Shown one piece after another: positions 29,278-37,448 of a stretch of DNA of 61,071 bases. The stretch is taken from the IMG/VR virus record IMGVR_UViG_2778261463_000006, positions 1 to 61,071 of that record, one strand, 5' to 3'. Each line of letters starts with the position of its first letter. Within the stretch, counting starts at the first letter, position 1. Source of the stretch: a virus (lineage: Duplodnaviria > Heunggongvirae > Uroviricota > Caudoviricetes). Under the pieces are notes generated by a model. That model was not told the origin of the DNA, made no database searches, and was given only the letters and a program-made list of their open reading frames with translations. A program made the translations under genes and the position numbers.

Positions 29278-30279
29278 TTAAGGCTTCGGCTTTTTATCGA
29301 GGCTCTTTCTAAGGATATGCCCAATCATCCTGTCGAGTTCTTCCTGTAACTCTTTTGAGAGTCGATTAAACTCATAAGAAAATGCACGGCCTTTCACGCG
29401 CTTCCTTGCAAAGCGATCCTTGTCCTCAAATTTCCATAATTCAGTAACTACGGACTTATCTTTAGAACCTTTATCCGTGAGTAGTGAGGCTTCCTTTGTT
29501 ATCAAGCGCAGGATTTTATTTTTAACTTCATCTTCGGCCATTTCTTCAATGGATAAGATGTCGTTTATTTCCGGGGATATGTTTTGAATAAGCTGATCAA
29601 ACTCTAAATTCTTGTTCCCCATTTCGTCGCCAACAGCACAAAGCGTTTTGTAGTCCGAAAAGGTTAATTCCGACTGCACAGGGAAAAGGGCGACTAATTC
29701 TTCCGGAGCACTCGCTGCCTGGAGAGCACGCGTGACCTTCGCCTGAGACAGCCCTTCTTTGGCTGCAATATCCTTTTGACTCATCCCATCATTTTTCATT
29801 CGCATCAAACGCAGACCTATTTCTCGAATGCTGTGCTGCAATGCTGTCTGAACGTCTTTCGCTAAATTTTGCGCTTCCTGAACGCTGATCTCCTGGTCCG
29901 TGACTAAAACCCGCAACCCTACGTTCTCTAAGATGGCAGAAGCTCGACGCCGGGAACCATCCAAAATTTCAATTTTCCCTGTAGCCCGTCTGACACCTAT
30001 TGCAGGGTAAAATTGCTGATGCTTAATAGTGCTTAGGATACTTTTTAATGATTTTGGCGTAAGAGATGCCTGGTCACGCCCGTTGTTATGCTGATCAACA
30101 AAGGTATCGCTTTCTACCTGGTTCGGAGGTATTACCTCTTCAATAAATGTGGCCTGGCGACCAGTTGATAACTTGAATACCTGCTCGACTCGATCGCCAG
30201 AGGCTGAAGAACTATCAAATCCGCTTAATATTGAAGGATTAAGGGTTCGCCCAATTGTTGGTCTGTTTTTCTTTGACAT
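29278..30279 (-). CDS. parB: Partition protein ParB
   Basis: 333 aa, ParB/SopB-like, immediately downstream of parA and upstream of parS. Confidence 0.9.
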   Translation of the reverse strand: MSKKNRPTIGRTLNPSILSGFDSSSASGDRVEQVFKLSTGRQATFIEEVIPPNQVESDTFVDQHNNGRDQASLTPKSLKSILSTIKHQQFYPAIGVRRATGKIEILDGSRRRASAILENVGLRVLVTDQEISVQEAQNLAKDVQTALQHSIREIGLRLMRMKNDGMSQKDIAAKEGLSQAKVTRALQAASAPEELVALFPVQSELTFSDYKTLCAVGDEMGNKNLEFDQLIQNISPEINDILSIEEMAEDEVKNKILRLITKEASLLTDKGSKDKSVVTELWKFEDKDRFARKRVKGRAFSYEFNRLSKELQEELDRMIGHILRKSLDKKPKP

Positions 30280-30295
30280 GGGGGTTTCTTACTCC

Positions 30296-31492
30296 TCAGT
30301 TAGATCTGATAAATTCAATACGGTCAAAAACTGCTTTAGCAAAATCTTCCGCGGCAATTCGCGCGTTCTTCAATGCATCAGCACTACCAACATACGTTGC
30401 CGGGTTAGCTGAAATAACAGTGTCAAAAGACTCGCCGCAACGTTCAAAACCGTCAAGGCGAGGGAGGACGACATCGAGCATATCCCCACCGAACACTTCT
30501 TTAGCCAGGCTATGGCAATACTTATGATCTGCCTTGTTACTCAACTTGGACATAAAACCAATGTTAGTCGCAAGCTGGCACTCGCAGCCTTCATCCGAAA
30601 TGAGTTTCACCAACTCAGGAAGGCGGGCAACGTATTTAAGCGATGAGTGGAAATCGACAGTTGCTGGCGGCAGAGGTGTAAACAGTATATTGGCCGAGGC
30701 CAAAGCATTTTTCAGGAAGGCGTCAAGGTGAGGACCACTATCAACGAGGATAAAGTCATAATCGCTCTTCAGCTTATCAATCACATTCTCTTTCAGGACA
30801 GCATGGATGTTCTGACCCGGTAGATGCTCATTGCACAGCTCTCTCCAATCGGATGCAATAAAGGCATCGTCAATCGACGCAGGCATAACGTCAACCCCAG
30901 GTACAACAGAAGGAACAATAAACTCCTCTAACAGCTCTTCACGGCTTACATTCTGCAACATAGCCTGTGCAGATGTTGCGTTTACGATACCAATAGAGTG
31001 TTTATGGCTTAAAAACATCGTTGCTGAAGATTGCGGATCAAGGTCAATAACCAGAATCCTTAAATCTTCCATCAGAAGATGAGGGTGGGCACGCATTGCA
31101 TGCGCCAGAGAAACCGTCGATACAGTTTTTGACACACCGCCTTTAAGATTGGAGATGAAAATCACATACGCTTCGCTGTAGCGATCCCGGTATTTTGGCA
31201 CTCCGCGATGTTCATATATGTCAATGATGTTCTGAATTGACATCGCATATTTCATTGAAGAGCCAGCAGGGCGTTTATCGAAAACATAACCCTTTTCTTC
31301 CATTTCACTTACGGCATAGTCAACGTTCGCACGAGTCAGTAGAGGCAATTTTGCCAGTGCCGCTTTCGCATAGACCTGGTAAAACTCGTTCGCGTGTAGC
31401 TCATCCTTTTGCAACTGTACTTGTTCAGTCAGAACATTGAGCATTCTATTTGCTCTTTGAGCAACCTTGTGAAGCTGGCTGGAATCACTCAT
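30296..31492 (-). CDS. parA: Partition ATPase ParA (Type Ia, with N-terminal DNA-binding extension)
   Basis: 398 aa; deviant Walker A KGGVSKT; SopA/ParA-like. Confidence 0.9.
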   Translation of the reverse strand: MSDSSQLHKVAQRANRMLNVLTEQVQLQKDELHANEFYQVYAKAALAKLPLLTRANVDYAVSEMEEKGYVFDKRPAGSSMKYAMSIQNIIDIYEHRGVPKYRDRYSEAYVIFISNLKGGVSKTVSTVSLAHAMRAHPHLLMEDLRILVIDLDPQSSATMFLSHKHSIGIVNATSAQAMLQNVSREELLEEFIVPSVVPGVDVMPASIDDAFIASDWRELCNEHLPGQNIHAVLKENVIDKLKSDYDFILVDSGPHLDAFLKNALASANILFTPLPPATVDFHSSLKYVARLPELVKLISDEGCECQLATNIGFMSKLSNKADHKYCHSLAKEVFGGDMLDVVLPRLDGFERCGESFDTVISANPATYVGSADALKNARIAAEDFAKAVFDRIEFIRSN

Positions 31493-31630
31493 CGAAAGTC
31501 ATCCTTTATGCTGTATTTTTGAGTTTAATTAAAAATGCTGCATAAAATAATAATGTATGCGTAGATGCTTGTACATAGCATTCTCTGCATGTTTGGTTCA
31601 TTTTGCACGATTGAGAGTTACAAGGAGGGC

Positions 31631-31653
31631 ACAAAAAAGCCCCGTTCAGGGGC
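31631..31653 (-). terminator. Rho-independent terminator after the T5orf172-like gene (minus strand)
   Basis: gcccc-gttca-ggggc hairpin with A-run on plus strand (T-run on minus). Confidence 0.55.
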
Positions 31654-31660
31654 ATCAGTG

Positions 31661-32470
31661 TTATTTGCTAAGAGCAGCGAATAATCGTTCGAAATCGATA
31701 GTATCTATAGCACGCGTAAGCGCCGGAAGTTCAGCCTCAAAGTACCCGTGTCGATCGTAAAAGAAGGGACCGAAGAGCGAGGCATGTTGGATTCTACTTC
31801 GCCCCAGCCCGGACACACAGTTAAGCCCATTACCGGCTAAAAGGCTAAAAAACTTCTCTGGATTATCGTGGTAAAGCTGGGAATCAATGGTGGCGGTTAA
31901 CTCTTCCATAGGGAAGCACACCCGCCCTGTATCCCAGGGATATTTAGTCCGAAGCATAAACATTGCTTTCAGCAATTCACATTGAGCGCGGATCGCGTCC
32001 GGTTCATAGCCAGATATGGAGACATAAGCCACGTCCCTCATTCCTGCGTCATCTTTGAAAGTCACGATAGAAGTAACATCCAGCTCTTTTTCGAAAGAGC
32101 AAGCAGCATCTACTGGACGCTGAAGTAAATCATTCGACTTAATGCGCTCGAGAATCCCTCCCCACATATCATTTAGATATTCGATATGAGCCAAAACCTT
32201 ATCAAGACACTCTCGTGTAAACCATTCAGTATGCCCGCCACCGACGCTTTTCTCCCACGGCGCATTCCAGGGGAAAAAGGTTGCGTGTAAAGCCCGCTCA
32301 AGATTAACCATTGCCAAACGCGTACCACGATAGACCCGTGAAAGCGCAAAATCGGGACTCACTTGTAGCCCTTTAAACCGTGCCAATGGACCACATGAAA
32401 TGCCGATTTTAAAAGTATCTCCGTTCTCTGGCACCAGAACGTAGAGGTAGTGTTGTTTCTCTTCTTGCAT
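31661..32470 (-). CDS. T5orf172 / GIY-YIG-like domain protein (269 aa), accessory insertion between parA and incA
   Basis: N-terminus YLYVLVPENGDTFKIGIS...RFKGL...GGGHTEWF fits T5orf172-type motif; C-terminal domain unassigned. Confidence 0.6.
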   Translation of the reverse strand: MQEEKQHYLYVLVPENGDTFKIGISCGPLARFKGLQVSPDFALSRVYRGTRLAMVNLERALHATFFPWNAPWEKSVGGGHTEWFTRECLDKVLAHIEYLNDMWGGILERIKSNDLLQRPVDAACSFEKELDVTSIVTFKDDAGMRDVAYVSISGYEPDAIRAQCELLKAMFMLRTKYPWDTGRVCFPMEELTATIDSQLYHDNPEKFFSLLAGNGLNCVSGLGRSRIQHASLFGPFFYDRHGYFEAELPALTRAIDTIDFERLFAALSK

Positions 32471-32504
32471 ATCAATACCACTGCTTGATGAGAACCGCGC
32501 AAAT

Positions 32505-32761
32505 GTTGACTATGCGCGAAGGTTAATGTGAATAGTTGACTATGCGCGATGTGACTACAGTCAAAAGTTGACTGTAGTCGATTTAACTCCACCAAAGATC
32601 GACTATGTAAGATATTGTCGGGAGAAACGTTGACTATACGCGATGAAATGCCCCTAAAAGCCATCTCAATAGCGACTTGCAGAATATTGACGCCAGCAAA
32701 AATCCACCAGCGTCAACGAATGTCGCCTATAGTCAACTTCTCGCTATCGCATATAGTCAAT
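32505..32761. repeat. incA: incA iteron array (about 8-9 RepA-binding repeats in both orientations)
   Basis: Repeats of GTTGACTATGCGCGA and inverse TCGCCTATAGTCAAC / TCGCATATAGTCAAT immediately downstream of repA. Confidence 0.7.
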
Positions 32762-32762
32762 A

Positions 32763-33683
32763 TTATGGATTGCGCTTATGGATCTGGAAGCCGATTTTCC
32801 TGCCGTTTTTTATCTCTGAAAATTTAAGATATTCAATAGCTTCCAAATCTTTCATGGCTTTTCTGATAACGCTATTTTGCACGCTAACGGATGATTTGAG
32901 ATTAAGCCTCGCTCTAAGGCGCTCAATGCTGACAGGTGCCGGGTTGGCGGGTAGAGCCTCAAAGAATGTATACAGTACCTTGGCCGTCTCTTTGCGCCCT
33001 AGTTTATCCAGCATCTTCAGCTTCAGGATTCGCTTATAGTCAACATAGTAAAGTTCAGATAGCTGTTTCTGCGGCTGGATCTCGATAACATCAAGCTCGG
33101 TATTCAGGCTGCTATATGCCAACAAGTTGACGTTAATGTTATTGAGATGACCTTTTGCCGCCGGGAAGCGGAATTTGACAACTGTCTGCTGAATGCGTGT
33201 CAGAGAGTCATCAATACTTTTACGGAACGCCTTTGAAAGGCGCTTACGTGGATAGCCGCATCGATCGGCAAACTCGGAGAATGGCAGGGTGATTATGCCG
33301 TCATCATCAGGTGCGTAGTCAAACAACGCGGAAGTTATGCCCACCCACACCTTAAAATCAGTATCCATATCCAGGCGTGGACCATGAATTTCAATTCCCT
33401 CATAGCCTTCCTGCTCAACAATTTTGAGGCTTGATAGTTCTTCAGTTGCGTTCGTTGTGTTTGTTGTAACTGACGATCCGCGACGTAGCGCCACATTGGT
33501 AGATTTTAAGGTTGGCACAAACACACCTAAGCGCAACAAAGCGATGGGTTGTATAGTGCTGTTGTTATTGGGCTTCAGGCTGTGGATTTCTCCTGTATTT
33601 CCTGCAACTTCTTCAACGCTAAGGAAGCCTTTACTTTCTTCCGGCATCACGGTTTCTCCATGTGTGGCGCGGCCTGACGTCAA
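32763..33683 (-). CDS. repA: Plasmid replication initiator RepA (start probably at 33647)
   Basis: Rep protein flanked by iterons on both sides; RepFIB/P1 RepA-like. Confidence 0.85.
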   Translation of the reverse strand: MTSGRATHGETVMPEESKGFLSVEEVAGNTGEIHSLKPNNNSTIQPIALLRLGVFVPTLKSTNVALRRGSSVTTNTTNATEELSSLKIVEQEGYEGIEIHGPRLDMDTDFKVWVGITSALFDYAPDDDGIITLPFSEFADRCGYPRKRLSKAFRKSIDDSLTRIQQTVVKFRFPAAKGHLNNINVNLLAYSSLNTELDVIEIQPQKQLSELYYVDYKRILKLKMLDKLGRKETAKVLYTFFEALPANPAPVSIERLRARLNLKSSVSVQNSVIRKAMKDLEAIEYLKFSEIKNGRKIGFQIHKRNP

Positions 33684-33724
33684 TTTGGATGGCTGTTATC
33701 AACAGCTGTGAATATTCAGACTCT

Positions 33725-33935
33725 AAAATCGCGTACAGTCAATGTTTCTGTCGCGTATAGTCAACAATAAATCGCGTGCAGTCAACAATAAATCGTGCAC
33801 AGTCAACATAAAATCGCGTATAGTCAATGTTGATCCCATTTCAGGCCAGTAATGACGCGGCTTACAGCGATCCGGGATCTTCTTTGGATCTTCCTAGGTT
33901 CTCTTTAGGATCTGTTTATTGGATCTATGCTGTGG
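33725..33935. other. oriR: incC iterons (5), GATC-rich AT-rich region and DnaA box
   Basis: Five ~21-bp spaced iterons TCGCGTATAGTCAA-like at 33726-33832; six GATC sites 33836-33915; DnaA box TGTGGATAA at 33921-33929. Confidence 0.7.
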
Positions 33936-33982
33936 ATAAGTTGAATAAACCGGCCAACAAAGCCGGTTGGAAGGAAGTCATA

Positions 33983-34375
33983 TTATTCTACGCTTTCGAT
34001 AAGAAGACCATGTTCATAACATTTAAGCTCATCGCCTTCATACAGGAATTGGTATCCAACACCACCATCTTCATGGACATTAGGGAATAACTCATAACTC
34101 ACTGAAGAGCAAATCACACCAATGCAGCGATCAACTCCTTCTCGTTCTTCAGTGCTGAAAAAATCCTCTTCGGTAAGAACATGAGTACATTGCTCATCAG
34201 CATAGGTCGGAAATACATGCTCAATGCAATCCGGGTGTTTTAAACCAAGCTGATCGGCAAGCTCGAAAGCACGACGGTATTGTTCAGATCCTGGCTTGCC
34301 AACAGTGATTTGCTCAATTTTGTAGATTGAAGTCGCTTTGTTGATAGTTTGCTTTACTGTTACTTTATCAGACAT
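33983..34375 (-). CDS. UpfA-like hypothetical protein (130 aa)
   Basis: ORF upstream of oriR; P1 synteny. Confidence 0.5.
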   Translation of the reverse strand: MSDKVTVKQTINKATSIYKIEQITVGKPGSEQYRRAFELADQLGLKHPDCIEHVFPTYADEQCTHVLTEEDFFSTEEREGVDRCIGVICSSVSYELFPNVHEDGGVGYQFLYEGDELKCYEHGLLIESVE

Positions 34376-34386
34376 AAAAATCCCTT

Positions 34387-34638
34387 TTAGTTACCGCTAA
34401 TAGCTCGGTTGTAATCATTAACGTTGCGATTCTTCCTGTTAATCCCCATCAGCATCGTTTCTGTATCGAGGATATACGCTGGCAGATCATCAAAATATTC
34501 ACTGCTAAACTCTGGCATCCTGCACATAAATGCACTTTTGGGGGCAGGGTGGTTAACCTTTGTCGGCGTCGGCGTTAAATTCGCTGATCGACTCCCGGAG
34601 CAACCGCTGAGTGTCAGCAGGAATACGCTGGCGAACAT
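34387..34638 (-). CDS. mlp: Lipoprotein Mlp-like; Rz1-like o-spanin candidate (start at internal Met)
   Basis: Lipobox LTLSGC, Pro-rich mature N-terminus LTPTPTKVNHPAPKS; start embedded out of frame in the 3' end of ppfA. Confidence 0.5.
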   Translation of the reverse strand: MFASVFLLTLSGCSGSRSANLTPTPTKVNHPAPKSAFMCRMPEFSSEYFDDLPAYILDTETMLMGINRKNRNVNDYNRAISGN

Positions 34639-35002
34639 TACCCGCCGCAACCAGTTGTTTCTGAACTTCAGCTTTTCGTTCCATTTGCCTGTCAGCATAC
34701 TTGGCTTGTTCTGATTCATTTTTCACTTCCTGGCTGTGAAAATGTTGATCTGCTTTGTTCATCGTCTCAATGGTCTGGTTAAGATCCATTATTGACTTAT
34801 CACGTTCCTTAACAGCCTGATCAAGACTGCCAATTTTCTCCATGGCTTGCTTTAGCTGATGACGTTCCCACGCAAACCCAGCACCAACAAGTGCGCAAAT
34901 CAGAACAAGAACACCAGTAGCAGCAAGTTTCTCCTTCAAAGACAAAGCTGTTTTTAACGTAGAAAAGAATGACATGTCTTCCTCCTGAAGAAAAATTATC
35001 AA
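34553..35002 (-). CDS. ppfA: PpfA-like; Rz-like i-spanin candidate (N-terminal TM plus coiled coil)
   Basis: TM segment LAATGVLVLICALVGAGFAW followed by E/K/Q-rich helical region; overlaps lipoprotein gene. Confidence 0.5.
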   Translation of the reverse strand: MIIFLQEEDMSFFSTLKTALSLKEKLAATGVLVLICALVGAGFAWERHQLKQAMEKIGSLDQAVKERDKSIMDLNQTIETMNKADQHFHSQEVKNESEQAKYADRQMERKAEVQKQLVAAGNVRQRIPADTQRLLRESISEFNADADKG

Positions 35003-35014
35003 TGAAGTCCTTTG

Positions 35015-35860
35015 TTACTGTGCCGCTTTGTTTAATTCATCAAGAACAGAATCAGGAACCAAAGCGGCAACTGCGCTGGCTGTGCTGGCCTTATTTGCTG
35101 ATGCTTCCGCAAGCGCGGTACCGATAGCATGGTTATAAGCAGTTATGGCTACGTTGGCGCTTTCATTCGCTCGTTCATACTGCTGTTGTAACGCAGTTGT
35201 GGGCGCTGTTGTCTGGTTGAAAACAACCCCAAACTGTTCAGTTGCTACTTTCAGAGATTCAATTTGCTCTTCTGTTAGTGCTGGTGGGGGAGTGGCAGTG
35301 CCGCCGCCTGAACCAGAGCCTGACGAGCTTCCTGAGCCAGTGTTAAGGGTCTGGTTAATCTCCCCCATAGCAGCGACTAAACTTGATGTATTAAGCGCGT
35401 TAACAGCGTCCTCAAGCGATTTAGTAATATTCACATCACCAATGGCAATAGAGATCGGCAGTTCTGAAACTTCTCGCTCATTAGCACGGCAGTAAACATC
35501 CCAACCAATATCGAGTTGAAGCAGCATTGACAGATCTGCATAACCAGCCAACAGGTCCGCGTGCTTAGTTGCCAGTTCTCCAATGTTCGTTAAGCCGGTT
35601 GTGGTTGTTCTGATCGTTGAAACATAGCTGGTAATAGTGTCGGGATAGACAATTGTATCCAGAATTAATCCGGTCAATTCTTCTGCAAGCAGTTTTGCTG
35701 TGTTAGCACTGTTTCGTGCCGATGTTATGGCACCAGGTGTTTTCATCCCACCGGCGGCGGCCAATTTTTTATATGCGGATAACTGGTAGTCTTTTTCCAG
35801 CATGATATCTCCTAACTTACCTGAACCAGGCCGTCTCCGGACGCTACGGTAGATCCGCAT
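35015..35860 (-). CDS. UpfB-like protein with Gly/Ser-rich linker (about 262-281 aa)
   Basis: Contains GSGSSSGSGSGGG linker; synteny. Confidence 0.5.
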   Translation of the reverse strand: MRIYRSVRRRPGSGKLGDIMLEKDYQLSAYKKLAAAGGMKTPGAITSARNSANTAKLLAEELTGLILDTIVYPDTITSYVSTIRTTTTGLTNIGELATKHADLLAGYADLSMLLQLDIGWDVYCRANEREVSELPISIAIGDVNITKSLEDAVNALNTSSLVAAMGEINQTLNTGSGSSSGSGSGGGTATPPPALTEEQIESLKVATEQFGVVFNQTTAPTTALQQQYERANESANVAITAYNHAIGTALAEASANKASTASAVAALVPDSVLDELNKAAQ

Positions 35861-36096
35861 GAAACAGGGTCACCAACGCATACGATCCCTTTACCATTGA
35901 CGGTAAACCATGCCCTGGTTGATATAGCTTGCCCACCGTGCGTACTGTTTCCATCGGTATGCTGTGCATATTGCTTACCATCAACTAACACTTCGACTCC
36001 GTTGACTTTAAGTAGTGGTTCACTCTCTACAGGAGGCCTGGATGGGAATCCTCCGTGCCCCGAACAAATGCTGTCTTTTGTTGCAATACTTGCCAC
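35812..36096 (-). CDS. PAAR-like small protein (UpfC-like, 94 aa)
   Basis: Motifs CSGHGG, HGGQ and VNGKGIVCVGDPVSCG resemble the PAAR / PAAR-like fold. Confidence 0.45.
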   Translation of the reverse strand: MASIATKDSICSGHGGFPSRPPVESEPLLKVNGVEVLVDGKQYAQHTDGNSTHGGQAISTRAWFTVNGKGIVCVGDPVSCGSTVASGDGLVQVS

Positions 36097-36177
36097 GCCA
36101 TCACCAATTATTTGCTCTGATTTTCGTTATTTTAACTTAGGTTATTTGTGGGCTGTATGGCGTTTACTTATTACAAA

Positions 36178-36194
36178 ATTGCTCTAATAAATAT
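36178..36194 (+). promoter_or_regulatory. C1 operator-like site upstream of uhr-hrdC-dmt
   Basis: ATTGCTCTAATAAATAT, 16/17. Confidence 0.65.
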
Positions 36195-36265
36195 TGTTTT
36201 TTATGTCGTATTTTCGGTACCATTCAGCCATCGCCCTTCAATGGGCATTTGTTTGGAGTCGTCAG

Positions 36266-36550
36266 ATGCAGATGGAGCTAATAAGCCGCAAAGAGTTCGA
36301 TAGCCGTGTAACCAGCGGTGAACTCGACAACTTGCAGGCTATCAAGGTGAAAGAAGGCTTTTGCCTCATTGGGAATCAGAGCGGAACAAATCGCGTTTTT
36401 ATGCTTCGCCGTACGGATTTGAAGCCATTTGTCTGGAAGAACGAAATTGGTCCCAGCTCATACGCTCAAACGAGGGGGTGCCACAACCTGGCCTTTTTCT
36501 ACAAAGACGAGCTTTCTGTGGTTGATATTCAAGGGTTACAACATGTTTAA
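36266..36550 (+). CDS. Uhr-like small protein (about 94 aa)
   Basis: ORF with GGAG RBS before ATG at 36266; stop overlaps hrdC start. Confidence 0.45.
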   Translation: MQMELISRKEFDSRVTSGELDNLQAIKVKEGFCLIGNQSGTNRVFMLRRTDLKPFVWKNEIGPSSYAQTRGCHNLAFFYKDELSVVDIQGLQHV

Positions 36551-37448
36551 GCACTGGAAAAACATTACTATTTATAAACTTTCTCGTGAGGCGGATCTGA
36601 CCGACTTAGAAGATAAAAAGAAAATGATCCTTTTCACGCCATGCGGTAGTCAGGATATGGCCAAGTTCGGTTTTGTATCTCCATTTGGTGATAATTCCGA
36701 AGTTATCGCTATGCATGGAAATGGTTTTATCCTTGTTGAAGCAAAGCGCGAAACAAAAATTCTTCCCCCGCCGGTTATCCAGCGAGCTATTCAAGAAAAA
36801 ATTGAAAAACTTGAGCAAGAACAAGCGCGTAAACTGAAGAAAACAGAGAAGGACTCCCTGAAAGACGAAGTTCTGCATTCTCTTCTGCCACGGGCTTTTT
36901 CAAAGTTTTCTGTTATCCAGGCGATCTACGACGGTTCAACTAAACGTATCTATATCAATGCCAGCGCGCGGCAGGCAGAGGATATGCTCGCGCTTATGCG
37001 TAAGTCTCTGGGTTCTCTTCCTGTTGTTCCCCTGAGTGTTGAAAATCCCATTGAATTAACGCTGACCGACTGGGTACGTGATGGTAGTGCTCCACAGGGA
37101 TTTCAAATGGGGGATGCGGCAGAACTTAAGGCAGTGCTTGAGGATGGCGGTATTGCCCGAGTGAAAAAGCAGGATTTGGGAAGCGATGAAATTTCCACAC
37201 ACCTGGAAGCTGGCAAGCTCGTCACTAAGTTGGCACTCGACTGGCAGAACCGCATTAAATTTACACTGGACCATAACTTCAGCCTTACCAGCGTCAAATT
37301 TGCGGATGAATTGCTTGAGCAGAACTCTGATATTGATAGTGAAGATGTTGCGCAGCGACTGGACGCAGATTTCTTCCTGTTGACCAGTGAAATTTCGTGC
37401 CTGGTTGATGCTCTGGTAAATGCCCTTGGTGGAGAGGCTAAGCAGTGA
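36543..37448 (+). CDS. hrdC: RdgC homolog (recombination-associated protein; P1 hrdC)
   Basis: Collinear similarity to E. coli RdgC as recalled (...[11 protein letters not shown]..., ...[21 protein letters not shown]..., ...LGGEA...). Confidence 0.85.
   Translation: MFKHWKNITIYKLSREADLTDLEDKKKMILFTPCGSQDMAKFGFVSPFGDNSEVIAMHGNGFILVEAKRETKILPPPVIQRAIQEKIEKLEQEQARKLKKTEKDSLKDEVLHSLLPRAFSKFSVIQAIYDGSTKRIYINASARQAEDMLALMRKSLGSLPVVPLSVENPIELTLTDWVRDGSAPQGFQMGDAAELKAVLEDGGIARVKKQDLGSDEISTHLEAGKLVTKLALDWQNRIKFTLDHNFSLTSVKFADELLEQNSDIDSEDVAQRLDADFFLLTSEISCLVDALVNALGGEAKQ

Noticed and set aside
32359-33039. ORFs 32359-32664, 32615-32827 and 32677-33039 over the incA iterons and repA 3' end
   Set aside because: They are composed of iteron repeats and overlap repA; no independent coding evidence
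32505-33835. Possible CRISPR array suggested by repeated ~20-bp units
   Set aside because: The repeats are iterons flanking a Rep gene, occur in both orientations with irregular spacing, and no cas genes are present
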